From Candidatus Poribacteria bacterium (GTDB taxonomy: Bacteria > Poribacteria > WGA-4E > WGA-3G), in NCBI GenBank assembly GCA_963665235.2, contig CAXXLX010000001.1, positions 32,001-96,000 on the forward strand: a stretch of 64,000 nucleotides of DNA, read 5' to 3'. Positions within the stretch are counted from its first letter, which is position 1. Each line of letters begins with the position of its first letter. A model generated the notes under the pieces. It was not told where the DNA came from. It did no database searches and worked only from the letters and a program-made list of their open reading frames with translations. Both the position numbers and the translations under genes were made by a program. Positions 10,070 to 21,138 of the stretch are shown here, one piece after another.

Positions 10070-11230
10070 ATGAAACCCATTTACACGTTGTTCATAGTGC
10101 TCATCGTAAGTTTGCTAGCGTGTTCGTCCAATGAATATGTGACGATACCAGATGCTAACCTGGCCGCCGTAGTGCGCGAGGCACTCGATTTGGCCCCAAC
10201 TGACGCTATCCCACGGAAAAAGCTAGAGGTATTACCGCAGCTGGATGCCGACAGCAGAAACATCCGCGACCTAACAGGCCTGGAAAACGCAAAAGGGTTA
10301 GAGACCTTAGAACTCCGAGCGAATCAAATTACGGACATTAAACCGCTTGCTAAATTGACACAGCTTACCGGATTATATCTCACGAAAAATCAGGTACGGG
10401 ATATTACACCCCTCACCCGATTAACACAATTGGAAAACCTGGCACTTGGCGGTAATCAGGTCAGTGACATCAAACCTCTTACAAAATTGACGAACTTGAA
10501 GCAGTTGTGGCTCTGGGATAGTCCGATTAAGGACATCACCCCTCTCAAAGATTTGACGCAATTGACCGGGTTAAACCTTCAGAACACTCAGATTAGCGAC
10601 ATCACACCCCTTACAGCATTGACGAACCTGGAATGGTTATTACTTCATAACAATAAAATTACCGATATTACACCCCTCTCAGGATTAACGCAACTAACCG
10701 ATTTAAACCTTGGCGGGAATGAGATTCGCGACGTTGGACCTCTCTCAAACTTGACACAGTTGACAGAGTTATGGATATGGCGGAATCGAATTAGCGACCT
10801 CACCCCCATTTCTGAACTCACACGATTGACGAAGTTATGGCTCTGGGGCAATCAAATTCGGGAGCTCACCCCGCTTGTCAAAATGACACGGTTAAGGGAA
10901 TTGTCCCTCGGACGTAATCAGATTACTGACATCGAACCGCTTGCTAACTTAACACAGCTGGTAGAACTAAACCTGGGAACAAATCAAATTCGTGAAATCT
11001 CCTCGATTGCCAGGGCAACACGTGTTAGATATTTATACCTCGATAACAATCAAATCAGCGACGTAAGCACTGTTGAAAACTTTAGGCGTTTAAGACGTTT
11101 ATACGTTAGGGAAAATCCGATTTTGGATATGGAACCGCTTCGAAGGGTGTTGGAACGGCTTCCGGGTTTAGAAATAGATATTCCATCGCCATCGGGCCTT
11201 GACATTCAACCGCCGCCTACTAATCAGTAA
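10070..11230 (+). CDS. Internalin-like leucine-rich repeat lipoprotein
   Basis: MKPIYTLF...LLAC lipobox, IPDANL cap and 22-aa LxxLxLxxNQIxDIxPL repeats; start revised from 9950. Confidence 0.9.
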   Translation: MKPIYTLFIVLIVSLLACSSNEYVTIPDANLAAVVREALDLAPTDAIPRKKLEVLPQLDADSRNIRDLTGLENAKGLETLELRANQITDIKPLAKLTQLTGLYLTKNQVRDITPLTRLTQLENLALGGNQVSDIKPLTKLTNLKQLWLWDSPIKDITPLKDLTQLTGLNLQNTQISDITPLTALTNLEWLLLHNNKITDITPLSGLTQLTDLNLGGNEIRDVGPLSNLTQLTELWIWRNRISDLTPISELTRLTKLWLWGNQIRELTPLVKMTRLRELSLGRNQITDIEPLANLTQLVELNLGTNQIREISSIARATRVRYLYLDNNQISDVSTVENFRRLRRLYVRENPILDMEPLRRVLERLPGLEIDIPSPSGLDIQPPPTNQ

Positions 11231-11241
11231 AGCAGTTTGTT

Positions 11242-13176
11242 ATGAGAAACCTCTATCTTCTACTTGCAATACTCATCGTTTCTCTCGGTTGCACATCTAA
11301 CGCGGATGTGGTAATACCTGATGCTAACCTAGCTAGTGCTGTGCGGGAAGCACTCGGTTTAGACCCGAACGCTTCTATTCCGCAAACGGAACTGGAAAAA
11401 TTAGAGAAACTTGTTGCTGTACAAACTGACATAAAAGATTTAACTGGGCTGGAAAAGGCAAGCGGTTTGACAGATTTAAGGCTTACATCGAATCAAATTT
11501 TTGACATTACACCGCTCAGCAGATTAACCCAAATCACGATTCTGAAACTCGCGGGAAATGAAATTCACGACATCACCCCGCTCACAAAGTTAACGCAGTT
11601 GACAAAGTTATACCTTTCAAATAATCAGGTTAGCAACATCACACCCCTTGCGAACTTGAAACAGTTAGAATGGTTAGGACTTGCCGGGAATCAAATTAGT
11701 GATGTAACGCCACTTGCGAACTTGACACGGGTAACGCACTTAGGGCTTGCCGATAATGAAATCGACGACCTCACACCGCTTGCGAACTTGACACAGCTGA
11801 AATGGCTAATACTCGCGGCAAATCAAATCACGGACATAACACCCCTCACGAATCTGAAACAGGTAACATATTTAAATCTTACGGCGAATCAAATTGACGA
11901 CATAACGTCACTCAACAGCCTAACACAATTGATAGCATTAGGTCTCGGTTTTAATCGAATCAGGAACGGACAGGCACTTGAAGGATTGAAGGAGTTGCGG
12001 AGGTTGTCGCTTATGGGTAATCAGCTCAGTGACATAACACCCCTCACACATTTGCCACAGTTGACAGTTTTGTCACTACAAGAGAATTATATAAAGAACT
12101 TTGACCGAGCCGCCTTGACACAGATAAGGGTGTTATACCTTTCGAATAGCCCAAATCAAGATATGAAACCAGAATTTATACCCTATTATTTGCCACTTGA
12201 TATTCCGCCGCCAACTTCCCCAGGTGTGACGATACCGGATGCCAACTTAGCCGCCGCGGTGCATGGGAGTCTATCACCTAGCGCGGGCAGAAGTAAGCTC
12301 TATCTAACCCCCGATGATCCGGTCCCACTAGAGGAATTGCAGGAACTGGAGTATTTGTACGCCACCCACGCAAATATAAAAGACTTAACAGGATTGGAAA
12401 AAGCGACTGGGTTAAAAGTTCTACATCTTTATCGAAATCAAATTACCGACATTAAACCGCTCGAAAACTTGAAACAGCTGCAAGAGGTAGAACTTACGTA
12501 TAATCAAATTACGGATATCAAACCGCTCGAAAACTTGAAACAGCTGCCAACATTAAATCTTACGGGCAATCAAATCCGTGATATTGCACCCCTGGCAAAC
12601 TTACCGCAGTTGGAAGAATTAATCCTGTCAAACAATCAAATCACCGATATTAAATCAATTGCGAACTTGAAACAGTTGAAAAAGCTAAACCTTATACGCA
12701 ATCAGGTCAGCGACATCACACCCCTAGCAAACTTGAAACAGCTACAAGAATTAGAGCTGGGAGGTAATCAGGTCAGCGACATCACACCCCTGACAAATCT
12801 GAAACAGCTGACGGCATTATCTCTTGATAGTAATCAAATTGGCGATATTACACCCATTACTGGGTTAGCACAATTGACAACGTTGGGCCTGGGACATAAT
12901 CAGATTAACAACATATCACCGCTTGAGGGATTGACGCGGTTGAAATATTTGTCCTTGTTTGGGAATCAGATCGGTGACATCAGCCCCCTCACGAATATGA
13001 CACATTTGACGAATTTGGCACTACACTGGAATCAAATCGGTGACATCACACCGCTTGAAGGATTGACACAATTGAATTATTTATACCTTTCGGATAATCC
13101 AATTCAAGATATGGAACCGCTTGAACGACTATTAAAACGTAACCCGACCCTGCAAGTGGATCCGGTGGAAGATTGA
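11242..13176 (+). CDS. Internalin-like LRR lipoprotein with two LRR modules
   Basis: SLGC lipobox; two IPDANL caps, each followed by 22-aa LRRs. Confidence 0.9.
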   Translation: MRNLYLLLAILIVSLGCTSNADVVIPDANLASAVREALGLDPNASIPQTELEKLEKLVAVQTDIKDLTGLEKASGLTDLRLTSNQIFDITPLSRLTQITILKLAGNEIHDITPLTKLTQLTKLYLSNNQVSNITPLANLKQLEWLGLAGNQISDVTPLANLTRVTHLGLADNEIDDLTPLANLTQLKWLILAANQITDITPLTNLKQVTYLNLTANQIDDITSLNSLTQLIALGLGFNRIRNGQALEGLKELRRLSLMGNQLSDITPLTHLPQLTVLSLQENYIKNFDRAALTQIRVLYLSNSPNQDMKPEFIPYYLPLDIPPPTSPGVTIPDANLAAAVHGSLSPSAGRSKLYLTPDDPVPLEELQELEYLYATHANIKDLTGLEKATGLKVLHLYRNQITDIKPLENLKQLQEVELTYNQITDIKPLENLKQLPTLNLTGNQIRDIAPLANLPQLEELILSNNQITDIKSIANLKQLKKLNLIRNQVSDITPLANLKQLQELELGGNQVSDITPLTNLKQLTALSLDSNQIGDITPITGLAQLTTLGLGHNQINNISPLEGLTRLKYLSLFGNQIGDISPLTNMTHLTNLALHWNQIGDITPLEGLTQLNYLYLSDNPIQDMEPLERLLKRNPTLQVDPVED

Positions 13177-13249
13177 ACGTGTGGATGTTCAGCATCCGCC
13201 CTGACTGCCGAAAGCCCTTATTGCTGTCGGCTTCTTTAAGGAGAAATTT

Positions 13250-14728
13250 ATGGACCCGATTAAAGAATATTTGAAACTTGAGACCCGCCGTCAATTCTTC
13301 GGCAAATGTGCCATGGGACTCGGCGGTGCAGCCCTCGCCTCAATGTTGCCGAGTAGCGTTGTCCACGCCCTCGAACAGCAAGCCGGAACGCGGATTGGCG
13401 GATTGCCTGAACTGCCGCACTTCGCACCGAAGGCGAAACGCGCTATATACCTCTTTATGTCCGGCGCACCCTCGCAAATGGACCTGTTTGACTACAAACC
13501 GACGATGGGGGAATGGTTCGATAAAGACCTACCGGAGACGGTCCGAATGGGACAACGGCTCACTACGATGACCTCCGGGCAATCCCGTTTCCCAATTGCA
13601 CCCTCTATCTTTGAATTCAAACAGTACGACAACGGAAACGAGGGGGTGTGGCTTAGCGAATTATTACCGCATACCGCATCTATGGTAAAGGACATCGCTA
13701 TCGTCAGAAGTGTACATACCGATGCGATTAACCACGACCCGGCTATCACTTTTGTCTGCACAGGGGACGAAACCCCCGGCAAACCGAGCCTCGGCGCATG
13801 GCTCAGCTACGGGCTCGGCAGTGAAAACCGAAATCTCCCAGCATTCATCGTAATGAACGCCACTTGGAGCGGACCGAAGGGCGCGCAGGCCCTTTACAAT
13901 CGCCTCTGGGGTGCCGGTTTCCTACCCTCCGAACATCAAGGTGTGCTACTCCGCAGTCAAGGTGACCCGGTGCTATTCCTCTCAAACCCGAAAGGCATGA
14001 GTGAAAAGGCACGCAAACAGATGCTTGACTCACTAGTCAAACTCAACGAAGAACTCTACGAAGAGGTCGGCGACCCTGAAACACATGCACGTATCTCACA
14101 GTATGAGATGGCGTTCCGCATGCAAACCTCTGTCCCCGAACTCACGGACCTAAAGCAAGAGTCTGACAAAGTCAAGGAGATGTACGGGCCCGAGGTCGAC
14201 ACCCCCGGCACATTCGCGAACTGCTGTATCCTTGCACGTCGGATGATGGAGCGGGATGTTCGTCTCGTTCAAATCTTCCATCGCGGTTGGGACCAGCACG
14301 GAGACCTGCCCAAGAACATTCGGAATCAGGCGCGCGATATTGACCAACCCGCAACGGCACTCGTCCAAGACCTGAAGCAACGCGGCATGCTTGACGATAC
14401 ACTCGTTGTCTGGGGCGGTGAATTCGGACGGACGGTTTACTGCCAAGGGGCACTCAAAAAGGACAACTACGGCCGTGATCATCATCCGAAGTGCTTCACC
14501 ATGTGGATGGCTGGCGCGGGTATTAAAGGCGGTGTCGTACACGGCGAAACCGATGACTTTAGCTACAATATCGTCAAAGACCCTGTCTCTGTTCGAGACC
14601 TAAACGCAACGATTCTCAATCAATTGGGCATTGACCACGAACGGTTGACCTTTAAGTTCCAAGGGCTTGACCATCGGTTGACCGGTGTTGAGGAAAAGGC
14701 ACGGATTGTCAACGAGATTTTGGCGTAA
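13250..14728 (+). CDS. DUF1501 family protein (Tat-exported, alkaline-phosphatase/sulfatase-like)
   Basis: TRRQFF twin-arginine signal; [31 protein letters not shown] and GRDHHP motifs. Confidence 0.9.
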   Translation: MDPIKEYLKLETRRQFFGKCAMGLGGAALASMLPSSVVHALEQQAGTRIGGLPELPHFAPKAKRAIYLFMSGAPSQMDLFDYKPTMGEWFDKDLPETVRMGQRLTTMTSGQSRFPIAPSIFEFKQYDNGNEGVWLSELLPHTASMVKDIAIVRSVHTDAINHDPAITFVCTGDETPGKPSLGAWLSYGLGSENRNLPAFIVMNATWSGPKGAQALYNRLWGAGFLPSEHQGVLLRSQGDPVLFLSNPKGMSEKARKQMLDSLVKLNEELYEEVGDPETHARISQYEMAFRMQTSVPELTDLKQESDKVKEMYGPEVDTPGTFANCCILARRMMERDVRLVQIFHRGWDQHGDLPKNIRNQARDIDQPATALVQDLKQRGMLDDTLVVWGGEFGRTVYCQGALKKDNYGRDHHPKCFTMWMAGAGIKGGVVHGETDDFSYNIVKDPVSVRDLNATILNQLGIDHERLTFKFQGLDHRLTGVEEKARIVNEILA

Positions 14729-14760
14729 CCCTTAAGTAGAGCGTATCTCATAAATCACTT

Positions 14761-14785
14761 GTAGGGGCGGGGTCCCCCCGCCCGA
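14761..14785. repeat. GTAG-type REP hairpin
   Basis: GTAGGGGCGGGGTCCCCCCGCCC; relatives near 29839, 29883, 50565 and 53167-53332. Confidence 0.7.
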
Positions 14786-14831
14786 TTACCTGTAGGCGAT
14801 ATCAAATAGGGTTTATTAGAGGCATAACTCG

Positions 14832-16181
14832 ATGATATATTTTTCCACCCTTTTTGTTTTTCTTATGGTTTTTATGAGTTGTTCATCCGATAAAAATGTA
14901 ACTATACCAGATGCCAGCTTAGCCGCTGTTGTGCATGATGCTCTCGACTTAGCTCCAAGCGACCCAATCCCGGAAAAGCGGTTGAAAGAATTAGAGGAAC
15001 TTTCTACTTACCAATACAACATAGAAGACTTAACGGGACTGGAAAAGGCAACAGGATTAAAGGTTTTGAGACTCTATGATAATAAAATCAGCGAGCTCGG
15101 ACCTATTGCTAATTTGACACAACTCACTACGCTCCTGCTTCCTGGCAACCCAATTAGCGATATAAGACCGATTTCTAATTTGACGCGACTAATCAATTTA
15201 GACCTTAGTGGTTGTCAAGTCCAGTGATATCAGAACCACTCACTCGGTTTGACAAAATTACAAGTACTGTCGCTTAGCAAAAATCCTATCCGAGATATTA
15301 AACCTATTTCAGAATTAAAGTCCTTAACGGACTTAGAGCTTCGGGAAAATCAGCTCACAGATATAGAACCACTTACGAGATTGACGCAGTTAGTGAAGTT
15401 ACGGCTCTGGAGAAATCAGATTACGGATATAGAACCGCTTACTAAATTGACGCAGTTAGCAGAATTGGAGCTTGATTATAATCCAATCACGGATATTACG
15501 CCACTCTCAGGAATGACACAGCTGGCGAGTTTATCGCTTAATGGAAATCAGCTCACGGATATAGAACCCCTCGCTAACTTGAAGCAGTTAGTGGGACTCT
15601 ATCTCGGTAGGAATCAAATCAACGATATTACACCGTTGGCGGGGTTGACACAATTGACACATCTAGCGTTACAGAAAAATCAAATTAACGATATAAACCC
15701 AGTTGCCAAGTTTACACAGTTAACATCGTTGCATCTACACAGAAACCGAATAAGTAGTATAGAACCCCTCGCGGGCTTGACAAAGTTAGCACGGTTAAAC
15801 CTATCGGGAAATCAGATTAGCAACATAGGGTCACTTGCTAATTTGGAGCGGTTGACACAGTTAGACCTCTCGAAAAATCAGATTAACGATATTGCCCCCC
15901 TTGCTGAATTAACAGATTTGAAAGAGTTAAGCCTTGGCGGTAATCAAATCCACGACATTTCACCGATTGCTAACGTAACAAAAGCCCATTTCTTATACCT
16001 TGAACGAAACCAAATTACTGATATCAGCATTGTTGAAAACTTTACAAACCTAAGACGTTTATTTGTTGGAGACAATCCAATTCAAGATATGGAACCACTC
16101 CAAAATCTCAGGAAACAGATTCCTGATTTGGGAGTAGATATCCCAGCACCACTTGATATTTCACCACCTGCTAATAAGTAA
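14832..16181 (+). pseudogene. Internalin-like LRR lipoprotein interrupted by TGA at 15225-15227 (three local +1 insertions; possibly sequencing error)
   Basis: The two ORF pieces are in the same frame. Removing one C, one A and one T at 15221-15250 restores the LRR consensus QVSDIRPLTRLT. Confidence 0.8.
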
Positions 16182-16223
16182 ACGTCCCGATAACTTAAAC
16201 GAGCATAGCGAAAGGAGTTAATA

Positions 16224-17702
16224 ATGGACCCGATTAAAGAATATCTGCAACTTGAGACCCGCCGTCAATTCTTCGGCAAATGTGCCATGGGACTTGGCGG
16301 AGCAGCCCTCGCCTCAATGTTACCGAGTAGCATTGTCCACGCCCTTGAACAGCAAGCAGCACCACAAACCGGCGGGCTGCCGGGACTTCCGCATTTTGCA
16401 CCGAAAGCAAAACGCGCTATCTATCTGTTCATGTCCGGCGCACCTTCGCAAATGGATATGTTCGACTATAAACCGAAGATGGGGGAATGGTTCGATAAAG
16501 ACCTACCGGAGACGGTCCGGATGGGACAACGACTCACCACGATGACCTCCGGGCAATCCCGTTTTCCAATTGCCCCCTCTATCTTTGAATTCAAACAGTA
16601 CGACAACGGCAGCGATGGCGCGTGGATTAGCGAATTGCTCCCCCATACCGCATCCATGGTCAAAGACATCGCTATCGTCAGAAGCGTACATACCGATGCG
16701 ATTAACCACGACCCGGCTATCACTTTTGTCTGCACTGGCGATGAAACCCCCGGCAAACCGAGCCTCGGCGCATGGCTTAGCTACGGGTTAGGCACAGAAA
16801 ACAACAATCTACCCTCTTTTATTGTGATGAACGCAACGTGGACAGGCAGAAAGTCCGCACAAGCACTCTATAACCGCCTCTGGGGGGCTGGATTTTTACC
16901 CTCCGAACATCAAGGGGTGCTACTTCGTAGCCAGGGCGACCCGGTGCTATTCCTCTCAAATCCGAAAGGCATGAGCGAAAAGGCACGCAAACGGATGCTT
17001 GACTCACTGGTCAAACTCAATGAAGAACTCTACGAAGAGGTCGGCGACCCTGAGACACATGCACGTATCTCACAGTATGAGATGGCGTTCCGCATGCAGT
17101 CCTCTGTCCCCGAACTCACAGACCTGAATCAGGAGCCGGACAAAGTTAAAGAGATGTACGGACCTGATGTTAACAAACCCGGCACATTTGCACACTGCTG
17201 TATCCTTGCACGTCGGATGATGGAGCGGGATGTCCGCCTCGTTCAAATCTTTCATCGCGGTTGGGACCAGCACGGGGCATTGCCGAAAGACATCCGAAAT
17301 CAGTGCCGCGACATTGACCAACCCGCAACTGCCCTCGTCCAAGACCTAAAGCAGCGTGGTATGCTTGACGATACGCTTGTTGTCTGGGGGGGTGAATTCG
17401 GACGCACCGTTTATTGTCAAGGGGCACTCAGAAAGGATGACTATGGTCGCGACCATCATCCGAAGTGTTTCACTATGTGGATGGCTGGCGGCGGTATAAA
17501 AGGCGGTATCGTCCACGGCGAAACTGACGACTTCAGTTACAACATCATTAAAGACCCCGTCTCTGTCCGAGACCTAAACGCGACAATCCTTAATCAATTG
17601 GGCGTTGACCATGAACGGTTGACCTTTAAGTTCCAAGGGCTTGACCATCGGTTAACCGGTGTTGAAGAGAAAGCACGGATTGTCAACGAGATTTTGGCGT
17701 AA
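16224..17702 (+). CDS. DUF1501 family protein, near-identical paralogue of 13250-14728
   Basis: Same length (492 aa) and same motifs. Confidence 0.9.
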   Translation: MDPIKEYLQLETRRQFFGKCAMGLGGAALASMLPSSIVHALEQQAAPQTGGLPGLPHFAPKAKRAIYLFMSGAPSQMDMFDYKPKMGEWFDKDLPETVRMGQRLTTMTSGQSRFPIAPSIFEFKQYDNGSDGAWISELLPHTASMVKDIAIVRSVHTDAINHDPAITFVCTGDETPGKPSLGAWLSYGLGTENNNLPSFIVMNATWTGRKSAQALYNRLWGAGFLPSEHQGVLLRSQGDPVLFLSNPKGMSEKARKRMLDSLVKLNEELYEEVGDPETHARISQYEMAFRMQSSVPELTDLNQEPDKVKEMYGPDVNKPGTFAHCCILARRMMERDVRLVQIFHRGWDQHGALPKDIRNQCRDIDQPATALVQDLKQRGMLDDTLVVWGGEFGRTVYCQGALRKDDYGRDHHPKCFTMWMAGGGIKGGIVHGETDDFSYNIIKDPVSVRDLNATILNQLGVDHERLTFKFQGLDHRLTGVEEKARIVNEILA

Positions 17703-17747
17703 CATAATGGGCACGCTCTGTTAGCGCGCCCCAAACTTGGGAACAGT

Positions 17748-18902
17748 ATGAAAGAATTAAAAGCGGTCGTTGTCGGCGCGGGATGGTCTGCTGAAGGACA
17801 CACAAAAGCGTTTCAGCATTACGGTGTTGAAGTGCTTGCTATCTGTGCACGTAAACCGGATATTGTGCAAAAAGTCGCATCCCGTTTAGGCGTACCTGAT
17901 GCCTCAATTGATTGGCGGAAAAGTTTGTTGACGCACAAGCCGGATATTGTCGCGCTCACGACACCCGCAATTTTACGTCCAGAGGTTGTTGAATTAGCGG
18001 TAGAACTCGGATGCCACATTATCTGTGAAAAACCGTTGGCACTTGACGCGGAAGCAGCGGGACATATCTATAGACTCATCAAAGGGACAGGGCTGAAACA
18101 TGCCTTCGCCGCAACGCATCTGTACGACCCAAGTGTCGCTTACGTACGTCAACTTTTGACACAGCAGAAGGTCATCGGTGAGCTAACAGCCGTCGATACC
18201 GGTTACACCCGCCGAATTCCAGGCCCTCCATCAGATAAGGTGAAGCCATGGAATTGGATGAGTTCATTGGCACACGGAGGCGGCGCGTTGAACAATGGGC
18301 TCACACATCGGCTCGGTATGCTGGAACGTATGACAGGCATGAAAGTTATGTCAGCAGTCGGGGAGGCAAAAATCCATCCGCGGAAAGCCCCGGTCGTACC
18401 AGAAATTCGCGACTGGCGGGTGTGGCGAAGCACAATGATTACTCGCGAAGAAGCGTCAAAACTTGAATGGCGAGATTGTGATGCAGAATGGGATTACTCT
18501 GCATTCTTCAAGTTGGGACATCCAAACCCGGATACCGGCAATTCTATCCTCGCGACGATGCGAACCCACCCGGGCATCCCATCACATAGACCTACCGGCG
18601 GTTGGTTTTTCTACGGCACACAGGGTACATTGGTCGGAAGAGGCGGCCACATTCTATCGCACATCACAAAACATGTTGGCGAAGAGGTTGAGGAGATGTC
18701 TGTCCCACAAGAATTACAGGACGATTTACCACAAATCGGGGACGAAATCCAAAACAAGTGGACTGCCCTCGTTCGTGATTTCCTTGCGGATATTGAGGGT
18801 CGCCCCCACGAACCGTATTTGACATTTCAGGATGGGTGCCGTTATCAAATCGCCATTGATGCCATACGGGACAGCCGCGGTTGGGCAGAGATGTCCGATT
18901 AA
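17748..18902 (+). CDS. Gfo/Idh/MocA family oxidoreductase
   Basis: VVGAGW and ICEKPLA motifs. Confidence 0.85.
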   Translation: MKELKAVVVGAGWSAEGHTKAFQHYGVEVLAICARKPDIVQKVASRLGVPDASIDWRKSLLTHKPDIVALTTPAILRPEVVELAVELGCHIICEKPLALDAEAAGHIYRLIKGTGLKHAFAATHLYDPSVAYVRQLLTQQKVIGELTAVDTGYTRRIPGPPSDKVKPWNWMSSLAHGGGALNNGLTHRLGMLERMTGMKVMSAVGEAKIHPRKAPVVPEIRDWRVWRSTMITREEASKLEWRDCDAEWDYSAFFKLGHPNPDTGNSILATMRTHPGIPSHRPTGGWFFYGTQGTLVGRGGHILSHITKHVGEEVEEMSVPQELQDDLPQIGDEIQNKWTALVRDFLADIEGRPHEPYLTFQDGCRYQIAIDAIRDSRGWAEMSD

Positions 18903-18987
18903 GATTGTATTGGAGGTTAGCGTCTTTTTGTCAAAATCGCGGATTACACGGATTTCGCGGATTGGAAGATGCGTAACAATCACAGTC

Positions 18988-19017
18988 CTATAAACATATC
19001 GCCCCGCTGGGGCTAGG
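18988..19017. repeat. Single CTATAAACATATCGCCCC REP-like unit
   Basis: Matches the 1275 family. Confidence 0.8.
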
Positions 19018-19206
19018 TTGTGAGGTCGTTGGGTTTTTCTCCGTATTCGGACTGCAAAAACAATTCCGGTGAATCTGTCGCAAGCCGTGTCTATTTCTAT
19101 ACCCTCAGCGCAGACAACTTTACCGCAACATGCAAAATTTAGTAACGCATATTGATAGAACTTTTAAGGGACCCGAACACGCACCCTGAAAACCGGTATC
19201 TTCCTA

Positions 19207-19977
19207 TTGCTTCTGCTGATTGGTGCGACTTTCACCGTCAAATACCTACAAAGCGAAACGGATACACAATCCCCTATAGCAAAAGCCGAGAAACTTATCA
19301 CAACCGAAAACTATTATAAGGCAATCCTTGCCCTCAAACCCCTATTGACAAGCAACGAAAAGAGCGAGGCACAAGAACAGGCACTCTGGCTTACTCATCG
19401 GCTTGTTTCAGAAGTTATATGCCGTACCCGTTATTTCGTCAATGGTTCACTCGATAAAAAAATAGAGGACACCCTAAATCAACTCGGTGCAGATTTTGAT
19501 TATTTCGAGATGTCAGGTCCGATCTATGATATGGGTTTTCTGGACCGGTTGATAGATGAATACCCTGACAGCCCGAAGCGTCCAATAATAGAATACCTCT
19601 CCCTATTTTGGAAGCGTAGTCGGCCCAATGAAGAAGTAGCCATCGAGGCACTTCACGCTTACGTGGATAAATACGAAAAAACAGGACGTTATGAAGTCTA
19701 TAGGGCTCATCTTGACATTGCACGCCTTCATCACGGACTTTGGGCAGCACTGACATATCCTGACGAGCCTGGTCCCGGTGGGGACGTAGGTGCTGAATAC
19801 ACCAGTGGGGATGCCGCAGAAGACAAAAAACGCGCCGCCGCACACAAGGCGGAAGCACTGAAGTATTACGCGTTGTATCATCTCAATCCATACGGGCTGC
19901 CTGACGATGAAGGTTATGAACGTTTGAAGAAAAACGAACGATTCGGATGGGACTATTTGCTGATCTATGGCTGCTAA
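19207..19977 (+). CDS. Hypothetical exported helical (TPR-like) protein; start uncertain
   Basis: Hydrophobic N-terminus, a YPDSP motif and a long open frame with coding-like composition. Confidence 0.55.
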   Translation: MLLLIGATFTVKYLQSETDTQSPIAKAEKLITTENYYKAILALKPLLTSNEKSEAQEQALWLTHRLVSEVICRTRYFVNGSLDKKIEDTLNQLGADFDYFEMSGPIYDMGFLDRLIDEYPDSPKRPIIEYLSLFWKRSRPNEEVAIEALHAYVDKYEKTGRYEVYRAHLDIARLHHGLWAALTYPDEPGPGGDVGAEYTSGDAAEDKKRAAAHKAEALKYYALYHLNPYGLPDDEGYERLKKNERFGWDYLLIYGC

Positions 19978-19992
19978 GTTGCCAGCCTCCTC

Positions 19993-20064
19993 TGTAGGAG
20001 CGTGCTGTGCACGCGATGTTTTACCGTTTCCGTTTCCTCTGTAGGAGCGTGCTGTGCACGCGAT
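19993..20064. repeat. Two GTAGGAGCGTGCTGTGCACGCGA REP-like units
   Basis: Direct copies at 19993 and 20041; relatives at 1549-1572, 29769 and 30018 (some inverted). Confidence 0.75.
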
Positions 20065-20146
20065 TTCCTCTAGTATTCGGGCGAGAAGTCCGTTCCCCAA
20101 GAGCGAGCTGTGCTTGCGATGTTTTACCACCGCCGCCTCCAGTATT

Positions 20147-20410
20147 TTATTGAAAATAGGCCGCGTTAATCTCTATGAAATGCTCCCACTCTTCCGGCAC
20201 ATCTTCCTCCATGAAGATAGCCTCGACGGGACATTCCGGCACACACACGTTGCAGTCAATGCATTCCTCCGGATCGATGAAGAGTTGGTTTACCGCTTCA
20301 AATTCATCAGGTTCATTATGCTGCATTGGATGAATACACTCCACCGGGCAAACATCCACACAAGCGTTGTCCTTTACATCAATGCAGGGTTCACAAATTA
20401 CGTACGTCAC
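20147..20410 (-). CDS. fdxA: 7Fe-type (3Fe-4S/4Fe-4S) ferredoxin, copy 3
   Basis: ICEPCIDVKDNACVDVCPVECI and CIDCNVCVPECP motifs. Confidence 0.9.
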   Translation of the reverse strand: MTYVICEPCIDVKDNACVDVCPVECIHPMQHNEPDEFEAVNQLFIDPEECIDCNVCVPECPVEAIFMEEDVPEEWEHFIEINAAYFQ

Positions 20411-20497
20411 TTTCTAATTCTCCTTTTGTGTCTATTTTTTAATCGGGCAGGCAGTCAAACCCGTGTTTTGAAATGTTTTTCTGCCTGTCCGAAGTTT

Positions 20498-20761
20498 TTA
20501 CTGAAAATAGGCCGCGTTAATTTCTATGAAGTGCGCCCATTTTTCCGGTACATCTTCGTCCATGAAGATAGCCTCGACGGGGCATTCCGGTTCACACACG
20601 CCGCAATCGATGCATGTTTCTGGGTCGATGAAAAGTTGGTTTACCGCTTCAAATTCATCCGATTCGTCGATTGGATGCGGCCGGATGGAATCACACGGAC
20701 AGATATCCACACACTCCTTATCCTTTACATCAACACACGGTTCACAGATTACATAAGTCAT
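20498..20761 (-). CDS. fdxA: 7Fe-type ferredoxin, copy 2
   Basis: CEPCVDVKDKECVDICP and CIDCGVCEPECP motifs. Confidence 0.9.
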   Translation of the reverse strand: MTYVICEPCVDVKDKECVDICPCDSIRPHPIDESDEFEAVNQLFIDPETCIDCGVCEPECPVEAIFMDEDVPEKWAHFIEINAAYFQ

Positions 20762-20837
20762 GTGTTATTTCTCCTTTTGTGTCTATTTTTAATCGGGCAG
20801 GCAGTCGAACCAGGGTTTTTCTGCCGCTTCGGAGTTT

Positions 20838-21101
20838 TTACAGAAAATAGTCCGCGTTAATTTCTATGAAATGTTCCCATTCGTCGGGGACATCTTCTTC
20901 CATGAAAATAGCTTCGACAGGGCATGCCGGTTCACATATAGCACAATCGATGCATTCTTCGGGGTCAATATAGAGTTGATCGACCGTCTCAAATTCGTCG
21001 GGTGCATCGTCACGCATCGGGTGGATACATTCGACAGGACATATATCGGCACAAGCGTGGTCTTTTACGTCGATGCACGGTTCGCAGATTACATAAGTCA
21101 T
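20838..21101 (-). CDS. fdxA: 7Fe-type ferredoxin, copy 1
   Basis: CEPCIDVKDHACADICP and CIDCAICEPACP motifs; AGGAG RBS. Confidence 0.9.
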   Translation of the reverse strand: MTYVICEPCIDVKDHACADICPVECIHPMRDDAPDEFETVDQLYIDPEECIDCAICEPACPVEAIFMEEDVPDEWEHFIEINADYFL

Positions 21102-21138
21102 GTGTTAATTCTCCTTTGTGTTTGTTGTTTATCTGAAA

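Noticed and set aside
15225-15227. Selenocysteine or programmed readthrough at the in-frame TGA
   Set aside because: Surrounding codons are out of LRR register and are explained by three +1 insertions; no SECIS-like hairpin is evident.
10070-16181. Diversity-generating retroelement acting on the LRR genes
   Set aside because: No reverse transcriptase and no template/variable repeat pair with adenine-specific differences.
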